DNA of 36,425 bases, from positions 1 through 36,425 of the IMG/VR virus record IMGVR_UViG_3300014877_000003; one strand, 5' to 3'. The translations under genes and the position numbers were made by a program. A model generated the notes under the pieces. The model made no database searches. It saw nothing but the letters and a program-made list of their open reading frames with translations, and was not told the origin of the DNA. Below are positions 16,284 through 24,976 of the stretch, piece after piece. Source of the stretch: a virus (Duplodnaviria > Caudoviricetes). How positions within the stretch are numbered: position 1 is the first letter of the stretch; each line of letters opens with the position of its first letter.

Positions 16284-17396
16284 CTAGTCCTCAGCTCCGG
16301 GAGTTTCGTCGGGTATGGGAGGCTCCCCGGTAATCCCCGCCTTCTTTGCCGTGTTGAAAGCTGCTCGAGCTGTCCTCAATCCTTCTTCTAATTCGGGGCG
16401 GGTCAGAGCCGCAGCCATGGCGTCCGCTTCCTGAATAGCTGCCATAGACAAGTCACCCGCCGCCTCGCGACCCTTCTCCACCTTAGCAGTCGACGGAATC
16501 CACGTGCACCGACAATTCGGGTGGAGCGGAATCATCCCGCGAGCCTCGTCTATTGTGTAGACGTTGCCCTCGAGTGGAGCGCATTGCTCACAGACCCTAT
16601 CGTCTCCGGCCGTGGACCACTCCGCCTTAACACCTAGTTCCTCCACGCCCAGCTTGCCAAAGGCGTCCAACTGCCCTTCGGCGTGGGCGTTGATGACTTC
16701 CGTCCGGGCGATCGTCATTGCTCTGCTATTGCTCAGCGAGTCTATTTTATCAAACATCTCCTTCGCAATCTCCTGGGCCCCGCTCCCGTCCGCCATCCCT
16801 TGTGCGAGGATTAGATTCATCTGCGAGCCCATCGTGGACGTGATGCCCTTCATGCCTTCCCAGGCGCGGGTCCCTAGCAGTTGGATCTTCGACATCGTTT
16901 CCGGCGCACCGAAAGCGGAGCGGAGGAACTGCTCTTGAGTTTGCTCGCCCACACCCGCCGCCGCGAGCAGCTTTCCCTCCTTGCTGGACAAGTAGGCGTT
17001 CAGGAGGCCGCGCTTGTAAGCTGACTCAACGAACTCGGTGGTCCACGGCTGCCCGTGCGGTGTCCCGGGGTCGGGTGAAAGGACGTTCGCCTCTAGTTGC
17101 TGGCGGAACCAATCGTTAAAGACGGAGAGCTTCTGGGCGTCGGTGCGGAACTCATATTCACGCGGGCCGATGTTGCCCACCAGCTTCTCGAAGGGGATAC
17201 GCTCGCGGGCGTCCAGGCCCAGTGCGTCGAGCGTGAGGAGGAACTCGCGCAGCTTGCGCTTGAGATTGGCGAACGTCTTGCGTATCTCCAACATGAACTT
17301 CTTGCGGATCATGAGCGTGCGGGTAGGGTCCATCCGCAACGGGTTCTTGGCGTTGCGGATGAGTCGCTCAGGGGAATGAGCCGCGCAGCAAGGCAT
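16284..17396 (-). CDS. Head morphogenesis protein (MuF / SPP1 gp7 family)
   Basis: RAMTIARTEV, WSTAGDDRVC..C..LEG, IPLHPNCRC. Confidence 0.92.
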   Translation of the reverse strand: MPCCAAHSPERLIRNAKNPLRMDPTRTLMIRKKFMLEIRKTFANLKRKLREFLLTLDALGLDARERIPFEKLVGNIGPREYEFRTDAQKLSVFNDWFRQQLEANVLSPDPGTPHGQPWTTEFVESAYKRGLLNAYLSSKEGKLLAAAGVGEQTQEQFLRSAFGAPETMSKIQLLGTRAWEGMKGITSTMGSQMNLILAQGMADGSGAQEIAKEMFDKIDSLSNSRAMTIARTEVINAHAEGQLDAFGKLGVEELGVKAEWSTAGDDRVCEQCAPLEGNVYTIDEARGMIPLHPNCRCTWIPSTAKVEKGREAAGDLSMAAIQEADAMAAALTRPELEEGLRTARAAFNTAKKAGITGEPPIPDETPGAED

Positions 17397-17399
17397 TGG

Positions 17400-18833
17400 C
17401 TAGCCTCCGAAGCGATTCCCATTTCCACCGCCCGCCGCCAGGGCGCCTCGGGCTCCCGGCGGAGCCACGACCGTCGGCGGCGGCGGAGGCTGAATAGGTT
17501 TGTCGTCTTCGTTCTCCAACTGTTCCTCCGCCGCTTCGATTACAGAATCCGCCTCCTCTTCCGACAAGCCCAGCACGAGCGTGAGGTAGTGGAAGGGTGG
17601 CATCAGAACGTCACACCCGCCTTGCACGTATTTCGCGAGTGAGTTGGACTGCTTCTCCGCCACACTAGCTTTGTCGAGGTCGCTAGGACTATTCAAATCG
17701 GGCCAGTCTATTTCGTATCCCTCCTCCGGGAAGGGCAGCACACCAGCCGCGATCAACCGTTCGCAAAACGGGCGGAGGACAAAAGGGTTCACATACTCAT
17801 TGCGGCGTTTGGTGATGCGGGCGTTCCAGGCGCGGGTATCTTGCTCGGACGCCAACTGGGCCGCTTCCGATCCGACTAGGACCCGCCAGGGGACGCCCAG
17901 CGCCACAGCAATAAGCTTGAGCTGGAGGTCGGCGTGGGGACCGGGGTCCGCCACTTGCACGCTCAGCGACTTAGCAGTCATCCCGATTGTGGCGATGTAA
18001 CGTTGGAGCCCGTTCATGTAACCCTCAATCTGCTCCTTAGTTGCCTCCTTATCAAACTCCACATCGTCCTCCATGTTTTGACTTTCGAGCGATATGCCAG
18101 GGAATCCACCCTTCCAAAACATCTCGCCGGACCCGCCGGATATCTTACGTAAATCAAGCAACCGGTCGAAAACCTTTTCCATGCGCGGGCAGCCATAAAT
18201 TTCAGAGTTGGTGCGGTTGTCAGCTAGGTGAAGCATGCGAGTCCAGTGGACTTCCTGAATCTGCTTCACCCCGGAAAACATATCTTCGAACGTGACGCGG
18301 TAGGTAACCGGCTGGCCATAACGCGGGGAAGAAACGTCTGTCTCGAGCGTGGGAATCTCCAGCAGCGTCTCATCAAAGGGGCGAAGGTAGAGCAGCTGGG
18401 TAGGTTCGCCCGTGCCTGGATTGTCGGGCGTAGCTGTGAGGACCCGCTGCATTGGCTGGTTCAGCGGGAGCCCGTCGTCGAAGCCGAACAGCAGGCCGCC
18501 GTATCGCCCGACGCCGCTTAGGATGTCGGCCCGCTGGAGGTAGGCGTAGATAGGAATCTTTTCCACCAGCGCCGTCCACGCCAGTTCGAATTCGGTGTCT
18601 GCCTCGTCCTCCGTTTCGTAGACGTCCGGCGCATTCTTCCAAGTCTCTTCCGGCATCAAAGCCACCACTCGAGAGGCGACATCTCCACGCAAGAACATGC
18701 GCTTGTAATCGGCGGTGGTGATGGTTTCGGGGTGACCGCATTCCGCGTCAATGTCCCGCCGCGGGTCCATTAACTTTGTGAGCCACGCCTTGCGGGTGAG
18801 CAAAACATTTCGAACTAGGTTGGCCAGTTTCAT
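17400..18833 (-). CDS. Portal protein (DUF1073 family)
   Basis: SPRYGQPVTY, VHWTRMLH, GVPWRVLVG...LASEQD, WPDL; upstream of MuF and DUF2213. Confidence 0.88.
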   Translation of the reverse strand: MKLANLVRNVLLTRKAWLTKLMDPRRDIDAECGHPETITTADYKRMFLRGDVASRVVALMPEETWKNAPDVYETEDEADTEFELAWTALVEKIPIYAYLQRADILSGVGRYGGLLFGFDDGLPLNQPMQRVLTATPDNPGTGEPTQLLYLRPFDETLLEIPTLETDVSSPRYGQPVTYRVTFEDMFSGVKQIQEVHWTRMLHLADNRTNSEIYGCPRMEKVFDRLLDLRKISGGSGEMFWKGGFPGISLESQNMEDDVEFDKEATKEQIEGYMNGLQRYIATIGMTAKSLSVQVADPGPHADLQLKLIAVALGVPWRVLVGSEAAQLASEQDTRAWNARITKRRNEYVNPFVLRPFCERLIAAGVLPFPEEGYEIDWPDLNSPSDLDKASVAEKQSNSLAKYVQGGCDVLMPPFHYLTLVLGLSEEEADSVIEAAEEQLENEDDKPIQPPPPPTVVAPPGARGALAAGGGNGNRFGG

Positions 18834-18877
18834 AATAGCTAAGATAACACGGGACCCCAAGGAGACTAGCAGAAAAA

Positions 18878-19171
18878 TTAGGGCAACGTCCTCAGCCCGC
18901 CCGGCGGCGAAAAGTTATTTGTCCACGTGTAGAATAAAATATCATCCCGATACCACTCCACCCGGACGATCGGCGCAACCATGCTAGCGAAAGAGGCGCT
19001 GAGTATAATCGTGTTTGAAACCACGGCTCCGTTGGTGGGATAATTCCATTGGCTCCACATGGGCCCTTGCTCCTGTCCGCCCAGGGGGAGGGGGATCACG
19101 AGGATCGCAATGGCGCCGGCGCCAGTGACTGCTACTGCTAGCATCAAGAAAAAGCTTTTGAGTCTTTTCAC
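18878..19171 (-). CDS. Small secreted/membrane protein with Ig-like (Big) segment
   Basis: Signal/TM N-terminus; PTNGAVVSNTIILSAS...IVRVEWYRD. Confidence 0.65.
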   Translation of the reverse strand: MKRLKSFFLMLAVAVTGAGAIAILVIPLPLGGQEQGPMWSQWNYPTNGAVVSNTIILSASFASMVAPIVRVEWYRDDILFYTWTNNFSPPGGLRTLP

Positions 19172-19223
19172 GCTAGCAAGTTAATGCCTCGGGAAAGCAG
19201 AAGGAAAGAGAAATGGGACCCGC

Positions 19224-19487
19224 CTACTTGGATACGACCATGAACTCGTCGTTGAGGGTCGCGCCAAAGGGATGCACGCACCGGTCCGCCGTTACCCAAT
19301 AGCCTTCCCGGCAGCCATACCCGACGATGTTGCCCAGCTCGCCCTTCTCGGCGTAAATGCACGCCGGACGGTCTTCGTTAGCGGGTTCGGTTAGAGACTT
19401 GAGAAAAACAATGCGAGTGCCCTCCGGCAGCGGAGCCGGAGCGGGTATGTCCCTATCCGCGGGATTCAGTTGTCTGTTATCACCCAT
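19224..19487 (-). CDS. Hypothetical protein
   Basis: 87 aa, ATG, operon fit. Confidence 0.6.
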   Translation of the reverse strand: MGDNRQLNPADRDIPAPAPLPEGTRIVFLKSLTEPANEDRPACIYAEKGELGNIVGYGCREGYWVTADRCVHPFGATLNDEFMVVSK

Positions 19488-19499
19488 GGCACTCGCAAA

Positions 19500-19745
19500 T
19501 CATATTCCGCACCGCTCGCAAATCTTGATTGCCTCGTCCACCCGCTCCGTCCAGCCGCGATCGACAGAATATTCCCCGCAGTTGGGCGTGGTGCGATAGT
19601 CAAGAAGTAGTTGCTTCACCTTATCCAACTGCTTCATCTCCTCCGCGATGAGCGTCCGCAACGCAATCTCATTATTGAACAAGCTGTCCTCCGCCATCTC
19701 CGGGATACGGGCAACAATATCAGCGACTAGAGTTTGGAGGCTCAT
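19500..19745 (-). CDS. Hypothetical protein
   Basis: 81 aa, directly after thyX. Confidence 0.65.
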   Translation of the reverse strand: MSLQTLVADIVARIPEMAEDSLFNNEIALRTLIAEEMKQLDKVKQLLLDYRTTPNCGEYSVDRGWTERVDEAIKICERCGI

Positions 19746-19751
19746 GGTATA

Positions 19752-20504
19752 TCATCGTAATTCATCCCAGTCGCGGGCCTTGCGATCACGGACAATCTCC
19801 TCGTCGCGTTCCTTCTCTATCGTTTCCGTATCCTTCCACTTTATGCTGTCGTAGATTTCCATCGTCCACGGAAACAAGCCGCGCACAATCTCCTTCATCG
19901 CCTTCGCATAGTCCTGATGCTCGCCTTGCGCGTGAGGGTCGTCCCGCAGCGTGAAATACTTGAGGAGGTTGTTCATGTCCCAGCAACAATAGAACTCCGT
20001 GTAAATGCCGACAGGGAGAACGATGCGGGCCTGCTCGCGTGCGACACCGAATGCGAGCAATCGTTGATAGTGACTGTAGGCCCTTTCGTAGAGATGCTTC
20101 ACCTCTTCTGTAAGACACCAAGCATCACCCTCACCCAAAATCCCGTCGCTGCCCTGCTTGTTCTTGATGTCTTGCAAGCGCCACTCCGTCGGCATGAAGA
20201 ATTCGGCCGGCAGCTCGCTATAACGGGCGGACACCTCGTTCACGTTCTGCATGCGGTGACGGATATACTGCCGCATCACAAAGATGGGACACTTGATGTT
20301 GAGCTTTACCTTCACCATTTCGAAGGGACTGGTGTGGCGATGTTTGAACAGGTAGCGGAGGAGCTTCTTGTCCGCCTCCGCCCCTTTGCTTGGGCTGTGG
20401 TAGCTCACGCGGGCCGCCTCCACGATATCGAGGTCGGTGCCCAGGTGGTCAATGTAACGAACGAATCCGTGATCATGCACAGGAATGGTGTGGCCTTTTT
20501 GCAT
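19752..20504 (-). CDS. thyX: FAD-dependent thymidylate synthase
   Basis: AARVSY, HTSPFE, RHRxxxxxxxSARY (RHRMQNVNEVSARY), AREQARIVLP, LRDDPHAQ. Confidence 0.97.
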   Translation of the reverse strand: MQKGHTIPVHDHGFVRYIDHLGTDLDIVEAARVSYHSPSKGAEADKKLLRYLFKHRHTSPFEMVKVKLNIKCPIFVMRQYIRHRMQNVNEVSARYSELPAEFFMPTEWRLQDIKNKQGSDGILGEGDAWCLTEEVKHLYERAYSHYQRLLAFGVAREQARIVLPVGIYTEFYCCWDMNNLLKYFTLRDDPHAQGEHQDYAKAMKEIVRGLFPWTMEIYDSIKWKDTETIEKERDEEIVRDRKARDWDELR

Positions 20505-20517
20505 ATTGTTTATTATC

Positions 20518-20593
20518 TACAGGCTGCCGCCATCCGACCCGCACCCAGCCCTGTCGTAGGCGCTTAAGTAGTGCGCTCTGGCGGCAGCCTGTA
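20518..20593 (-). ncRNA. Candidate structured RNA element in the thyX leader
   Basis: 15-bp perfect inverted repeat 20518-20532 / 20579-20593 enclosing two small potential hairpins. Confidence 0.5.
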
Positions 20594-20615
20594 AACAACA
20601 CATCATAAAATTCAG

Positions 20616-20736
20616 GTGCGGCGTTCTACACTGGCAGGCAAGTCCAGTTGTGAGTTTATGTAATGGCACCGGATGCATTCCGGACTCACCAGAGCCACAT
20701 CTTCCGTTTTATTCGCCACGCTTTGAACGTCCGCAC
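20616..20736 (-). ncRNA. Candidate ~120-nt structured non-coding RNA
   Basis: Terminal stem GTGCGG(A)CGTTC/GAACGCCGCAC plus three internal helices; begins 5 nt after a GATAAT box. Confidence 0.5.
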
Positions 20737-20749
20737 AATATATTATCTC

Positions 20750-20908
20750 CTACAGGAAGCCCTTCCCGCCGCAGCGAGTGCAAAGCAATGAATGAACAAC
20801 GTAGGAAAAAGGGTCTGTATAGAACTCCCGTCCCTTCCCTCTGCATTGCCCGCACTTGCGCTTGAGTTTTCGCTTAGGAGTCTTTGGGAGCCAGGGTTGC
20901 TTGCTCAT
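20750..20908 (-). CDS. Small DnaJ-type zinc-finger protein (52 aa)
   Basis: Two CxxCxGxG repeats: CGQCRGKG and CTRCGGKG; start at MSKQPW. Confidence 0.7.
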   Translation of the reverse strand: MSKQPWLPKTPKRKLKRKCGQCRGKGREFYTDPFSYVVHSLLCTRCGGKGFL

Positions 20909-21101
20909 GAATCGAAGTGACGGCGTACCAGGCTTGCAAGTCGATGCGGGTGGAGAGGAGGCGAGCGTCAAGTGGGACCCTATCCTCTGGGCGTTGGCTG
21001 TTCCGCATTTCGTGGGCGCGGACCGCTTCTTCGAACTTGTCTACGAGGTCCTTAAAAACCTCGAACTTGGTTTTGGGTTTGGAGTGGGAAGTGATGCTCA
21101 T
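20874..21101 (-). CDS. Hypothetical protein
   Basis: Start at MSITSH with GGAGGAG RBS and ATGA overlap. Confidence 0.65.
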   Translation of the reverse strand: MSITSHSKPKTKFEVFKDLVDKFEEAVRAHEMRNSQRPEDRVPLDARLLSTRIDLQAWYAVTSIHEQATLAPKDS

Positions 21102-21280
21102 TGTTTGCTCCTCCAGTAAGCCTCCAGCGTATCCAGAGTCTGGGAGTAATGCTTCTGCAAGTTCTGAACGTTCCGCTCCAGCCGGTTTATCGTCCTTTGC
21201 TGAATGATCATAAATAAGAGGATGCAAACGAGAAAAACAAAGTCCATGACTCTAGTGAATTTCATAGTGTTGGGTCGCAT
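21098..21280 (-). CDS. Small single-TM protein
   Basis: FVFLVCILLFMII followed by coiled-coil. Confidence 0.6.
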   Translation of the reverse strand: MRPNTMKFTRVMDFVFLVCILLFMIIQQRTINRLERNVQNLQKHYSQTLDTLEAYWRSKQ

Positions 21281-21624
21281 GAAGGCGAATGCTGCCGATT
21301 ACTCCACTTTGCTCTGGCTTTGTCCTCCTTAGCTTTGAGGATCGCTTCCCGCCGCGCCATGTTATCCTCGAGGTCCTGAGCCATCATCACCAAAGCTTCC
21401 ATCTCACCGAGCACGAGGATACAGATATTGGCGTCCTGCTTGTGCGGGGACAGGCCCAGCGAGGTGCTCCGCCCGGAAGTATGTTGGGAGGTAATACTGA
21501 AGTGACCGGCTGAGGTCGGCACCCAGTTCTTCCCCATCCCCTGCAAGTCGCAGTGGTTTGCCATGTCGGGCCCGAATATGGGAAGTGAGTAGCCCTGCTT
21601 GTTTGTGAACATCACATACTTCAT
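21262..21624 (-). CDS. Hypothetical protein
   Basis: 120 aa; MKYVMF...H..PTSAG pattern; AT-rich leader. Confidence 0.65.
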   Translation of the reverse strand: MKYVMFTNKQGYSLPIFGPDMANHCDLQGMGKNWVPTSAGHFSITSQHTSGRSTSLGLSPHKQDANICILVLGEMEALVMMAQDLEDNMARREAILKAKEDKARAKWSNRQHSPSCDPTL

Positions 21625-21630
21625 ATATTA

Positions 21631-21822
21631 TTATTTGTGGATCTGCGGACCCGTGCGGCTCTCCCATTCCGAATAGTAGATATCCAACCGCCGCTTTACT
21701 TGGCGCCAGATGTGCCGCCACCGCTTGCGGGTTTCGGGCCCGCGTCCTATCCGCCGATAAAAGTAGGCTGCCACAATGGGCCGGAAACTCGCAAGGGCTG
21801 GGCATCGGGAAGGACGTTTCAT
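21631..21822 (-). CDS. Hypothetical basic protein
   Basis: 63 aa, ATGA-coupled to upstream ORF. Confidence 0.55.
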   Translation of the reverse strand: MKRPSRCPALASFRPIVAAYFYRRIGRGPETRKRWRHIWRQVKRRLDIYYSEWESRTGPQIHK

Positions 21823-21968
21823 GAGGCACGAGTGATAGAATAGAGTTCCTCATAGGCGAATGCACTGTCGAGGAACACACCTAGAGCAATGGGGAGAGTG
21901 TCCGCCATCACCACTTCGGCGCAGAACGTGCCATCACTGTCCAAGTAAATAATCAAGTATCGCTTCAT
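21819..21968 (-). CDS. Small hypothetical protein (49 aa, not in track)
   Basis: MKRYLIIYLDSDGTFCAEVVMADTLPIALGVFLDSAFAYEELYSITRAS; GGAGATAAT upstream; ATGA overlap downstream. Confidence 0.6.
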   Translation of the reverse strand: MKRYLIIYLDSDGTFCAEVVMADTLPIALGVFLDSAFAYEELYSITRAS

Positions 21969-22002
21969 ATACTTATTATCTCCCAACCCGCTCCCCTGAG
22001 GA

Positions 22003-22416
22003 CTACTTAACTGCCTCCTCGAAGACGACTTGTTCTACGGGAGCAATGCCCACACCACTCTCCTCGCCCGTAAAGTAGTTCGTAGACGTGACTCCGCGCC
22101 ACAAGCCCGGGTGAGCGTAGAATTCCACCTGCAAGGCTTGAACGTTGGTAAGCACATGGCAGGAGGTAAACGGCCGCCGGTTGTCGTTGTCAGGAAATTC
22201 CCGCACGTTGAAAGAGATGCCGTTGGTTTCCCACCCCGGCCGGCTGTTCCACCGCAGCGACACCTTGTGGAAGCCAGCGGGCACCCGCAGCTCGCTGAAA
22301 GGCGATGGCTGCGGTGAGGAACTAGTCGATGCTGTTAGCATGGACCGCTGAGGCGCTGGGCTCGTGCATCCGAGCCCGAGGGACAGAATGAATACTGAAC
22401 TTAGTTTTAATGTCAT
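22003..22416 (-). CDS. Predicted lipoprotein
   Basis: MTLKLSSVFILSLGLG-C lipobox-like; Ser/Pro linker; beta-rich domain (VSLRWN). Confidence 0.65.
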   Translation of the reverse strand: MTLKLSSVFILSLGLGCTSPAPQRSMLTASTSSSPQPSPFSELRVPAGFHKVSLRWNSRPGWETNGISFNVREFPDNDNRRPFTSCHVLTNVQALQVEFYAHPGLWRGVTSTNYFTGEESGVGIAPVEQVVFEEAVK

Positions 22417-22428
22417 ATAATCTTTGTT

Positions 22429-23859
22429 TTACCATCCACCCATTTTCTTCTTCTTCCGGGCCAGGCGGTTGAACGCGGCTCCGCTGGCGTCCACCTGGTC
22501 TTTATATTTGCTCGCCGGAAAGTATCGCAGCTCTTCTATATAGTCGCGCGTCCAGTCCCTTTTAAGCACGTGGACATTGCCGGAGCCCACCTGGGACGAG
22601 AAGGGATAAGCTCGGCTCTCCTTGTCGCCCGTAGGATGGAAGCAAAGGACTTTGTGGCCCGCTAGGTTCTTCACCGTGTGTTCGCCCGACTCCTTGCCTC
22701 CGCTCCCGCCTTCGATCTCCAGCACTACCGTCACCCCGTCCCCGTCCAGTCCCGCCGTTTGCGCAATCATGGACTCCCGCTTCGTCGATCCCCATTGCCC
22801 GCGCACGACATCGACAATCCAATACTCGTCCGCTTTGTCGATGCCCATCAACACACCCACCGACCAAGCGCCGCCGTCCTCCGTGCCCGCTTTGTCCCAG
22901 CTGCGGACCCAGCGCCGGATGTCTCTAGCAGGCACCTCGTCCTCGAGTTTGAGCAAGTCCGTCTTGAACATGCCTCCGCCCAAGGGAACAGGGTCCTGGA
23001 GAATTTGGCTGGCGTAACCGTAGGCGCCCAGCTCCTTCTCTTGCGCTTGCAAAACGGCCCGTGACATACGAACGGGGTCTAACAGTCCATCCACATAGCG
23101 ATCCCGGAGCTCATAGGGACGCACCATCTTCGTGATCTCCCCTGGCAGACAGATATGCTTAATACCCTCCCCTTGCGTCTTCGCTAGCATCTCCCCGGAC
23201 GGGTCGCTTTGGTGCAAGCGTTGCTGAACGAGGATGATCACAGAAATCCCCTTGTCGACCTTGCGCGAGGGCAGCGTCGTCTCCATCCACCTGTTCGTCG
23301 TCTTCAACTCCGCCTCCGAGTAAGACTCCTCGGGATTCAGCGGATCGTCGATGAGGAGAAAGTGGCCGTGGTAACCCGTCGCCGCTCCGCCCACACCCAC
23401 GGACAAGCGGAAGCCCTTCTCCGTGTTTACGAAGAGCCCCTTCATGTTTTCGTCCTCCCGCAGCTGGATGTGGGGAAAGCAAGCTTGATAGAGTTCCGAC
23501 TGGACGATATCGCGCATGCGCACCGCATCCTTGAGGGCGACTTGCTGGGCGTAGGACCCGCACAAGAACTTCGAACTTCCCATCCGGGCCCAACACCACG
23601 CGGGGAACATCTGCGACACGACGGTGGACTTGGTGCTCCCGGGCGGAATGTTGACGAGCAGGTCGTAAAGCTTGGGCTGGCCGGCGAAGACTCGCTCCGC
23701 CATGATCTGCAATTCGTCGCACAGATATTTGATGTGCCAGTTGGGGACTAGTTCCTCGTGGACGACCTCCCGCCAGAACTCCAAGAAGAATTGATAGAAG
23801 GATTCCTTTACGACGGAGGTCACTAGATCCGTTTCACGGAATACGGGTGCGGCGATCAT
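22429..23859 (-). CDS. terL: Terminase large subunit
   Basis: VNIPPGSTKS (Walker A), LLIDDP (Walker B), QQRLH, SWDKAG, KDQVDA nuclease motif. Confidence 0.96.
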   Translation of the reverse strand: MIAAPVFRETDLVTSVVKESFYQFFLEFWREVVHEELVPNWHIKYLCDELQIMAERVFAGQPKLYDLLVNIPPGSTKSTVVSQMFPAWCWARMGSSKFLCGSYAQQVALKDAVRMRDIVQSELYQACFPHIQLREDENMKGLFVNTEKGFRLSVGVGGAATGYHGHFLLIDDPLNPEESYSEAELKTTNRWMETTLPSRKVDKGISVIILVQQRLHQSDPSGEMLAKTQGEGIKHICLPGEITKMVRPYELRDRYVDGLLDPVRMSRAVLQAQEKELGAYGYASQILQDPVPLGGGMFKTDLLKLEDEVPARDIRRWVRSWDKAGTEDGGAWSVGVLMGIDKADEYWIVDVVRGQWGSTKRESMIAQTAGLDGDGVTVVLEIEGGSGGKESGEHTVKNLAGHKVLCFHPTGDKESRAYPFSSQVGSGNVHVLKRDWTRDYIEELRYFPASKYKDQVDASGAAFNRLARKKKKMGGW

Positions 23860-23993
23860 GACTTGTGGGCGTTAAGGGGCAGAGCCGGCTTGGCTCCCGC
23901 CTCGAGGCGCCAATGCTTTTGGAGATGCGCAGCAAAGCGGACGGCGTTGCTGAACCGCCGCTGGCACTTGGGACATATAATAGGCTTCTGCAT
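23856..23993 (-). CDS. C2H2 zinc-finger microprotein (45 aa, not in track)
   Basis: MQKPIICPKCQRRFSNAVRFAAHLQKHWRLEAGAKPALPLNAHKS: C-x2-C-x3-F-x8-H-x3-H; AGGA upstream; ATGA overlap with terL. Confidence 0.75.
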   Translation of the reverse strand: MQKPIICPKCQRRFSNAVRFAAHLQKHWRLEAGAKPALPLNAHKS

Positions 23994-24028
23994 TGTTTCC
24001 TAAAAGCAACGCCAATTGGGACAGCATG

Positions 24029-24340
24029 TCAAATCTGATAATCCAGCTCGGGCACTGCCTCCAGAAAATCGGGATGGTAAGTCTGGGCGGTCTTGTGCCC
24101 GTCGAAAAGGACTCTCACGGCTCCATCCCGTGCAAAGCCTTTCACCGTAGCAATGTGCGGGCAGGTGATCGAGGCATTAGGACGCGGCCACATTGCCTTG
24201 GCCGCCGCCGTGTATTGCACCCGCTGCCCGATGGAGAACTTTTGTGCGTTCATACTTTCAAGAAGCGCACCACGACGAAGAAGAACCACACCATACCCAA
24301 CGCTATCGTCCACTCCGCCGACGATGAATAATGTTTTCAT
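24029..24340 (-). CDS. Hypothetical protein with SH3/KOW-like C-terminal domain
   Basis: KFSIGQRVQY...ATVKG...VRVLFDG...YHPDFLE; start uncertain. Confidence 0.55.
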   Translation of the reverse strand: MKTLFIVGGVDDSVGYGVVLLRRGALLESMNAQKFSIGQRVQYTAAAKAMWPRPNASITCPHIATVKGFARDGAVRVLFDGHKTAQTYHPDFLEAVPELDYQI

Positions 24341-24564
24341 GATTTCAAAATTAGGTCGACTGCGGTTTCGCATTCTGGAGTTACTCCCTTCCATCCAGGG
24401 ACCACCCTAGCAGGCTTCTTAAAGAACTCACGGTCATCCTCACCTCTCTCAAGGATACCCTGGATGAATTTGTGATTGCCCCAAGTATGCTGCGGGCCGT
24501 TGTTCCCATAGAGGAACCAAAGACCCTCTAATGCCTTTCGTTGAACGGGTGTTAAAGTGATCAT
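24337..24564 (-). CDS. Hypothetical protein
   Basis: 75 aa with ATGA overlaps. Confidence 0.6.
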   Translation of the reverse strand: MITLTPVQRKALEGLWFLYGNNGPQHTWGNHKFIQGILERGEDDREFFKKPARVVPGWKGVTPECETAVDLILKS

Positions 24565-24788
24565 GGCTGGAAGATAATGTTTTCAGTGACGTCCCGGGTG
24601 TAACCCGCTTCTGTGAGGCACTTGCATGCATCCTCATCGTTAGTGAAGCGGGCCACAATCCCGTGGCGCCCGGCAATCACATAACCGTCCACGACCTGGA
24701 GGAAGATGTGGTTCTTGCGGTAGTAGTCCCGCACGCTGCTCAAATCACGAGCAACCTTGAACACTTTGGTTTCGCTCTTCATAATCAC
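24561..24788 (-). CDS. Hypothetical protein
   Basis: 75 aa, operon fit. Confidence 0.6.
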   Translation of the reverse strand: MIMKSETKVFKVARDLSSVRDYYRKNHIFLQVVDGYVIAGRHGIVARFTNDEDACKCLTEAGYTRDVTENIIFQP

Positions 24789-24804
24789 CTCTTCTTCTGC
24801 TCGA

Positions 24805-24975
24805 TCAGTTGCTTGGCAGACGCGAAGAACACTCGCTATTCGCCTTTAGATTCTCCACCCCGTCGTTAACAACCACCAAGTCAAGTAACAGACCCTGGGC
24901 TACCGTCTTTGGGATCTTGCGGAACAGGTCGAGGCACTCATTCCCGCTCATCTCCATTGTAATTTTGATTCGCAT
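24805..24975 (-). CDS. Small hypothetical protein (56 aa, possibly degraded at the 3' end)
   Basis: MRIKITMEMSGNECLDLFRKIPKTVAQGLLLDLVVVNDGVENLKANSECSSRLPSN starts just after the upstream stop. Confidence 0.45.
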   Translation of the reverse strand: MRIKITMEMSGNECLDLFRKIPKTVAQGLLLDLVVVNDGVENLKANSECSSRLPSN

Positions 24976-24976
24976 A

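Noticed and set aside
16284-17396. MuF polymorphic toxin
   Set aside because: Only a short Ala/Glu-rich extension after HPNCRC; no toxin domain or immunity gene evident
17400-18833. Anti-CBASS (Acb1) label sometimes attached to DUF1073 proteins
   Set aside because: Size, motifs and synteny with MuF and DUF2213 indicate the portal protein
20516-20677. 53-codon minus-strand ORF MHPVPLHK... upstream of thyX
   Set aside because: No leader, odd composition, and it crosses two strongly paired elements better explained as RNA structure
20700-20745. HDV-like ribozyme suggested by a hairpin followed by GGCGAAU
   Set aside because: Could not find P1/P2/P3 partner strands upstream
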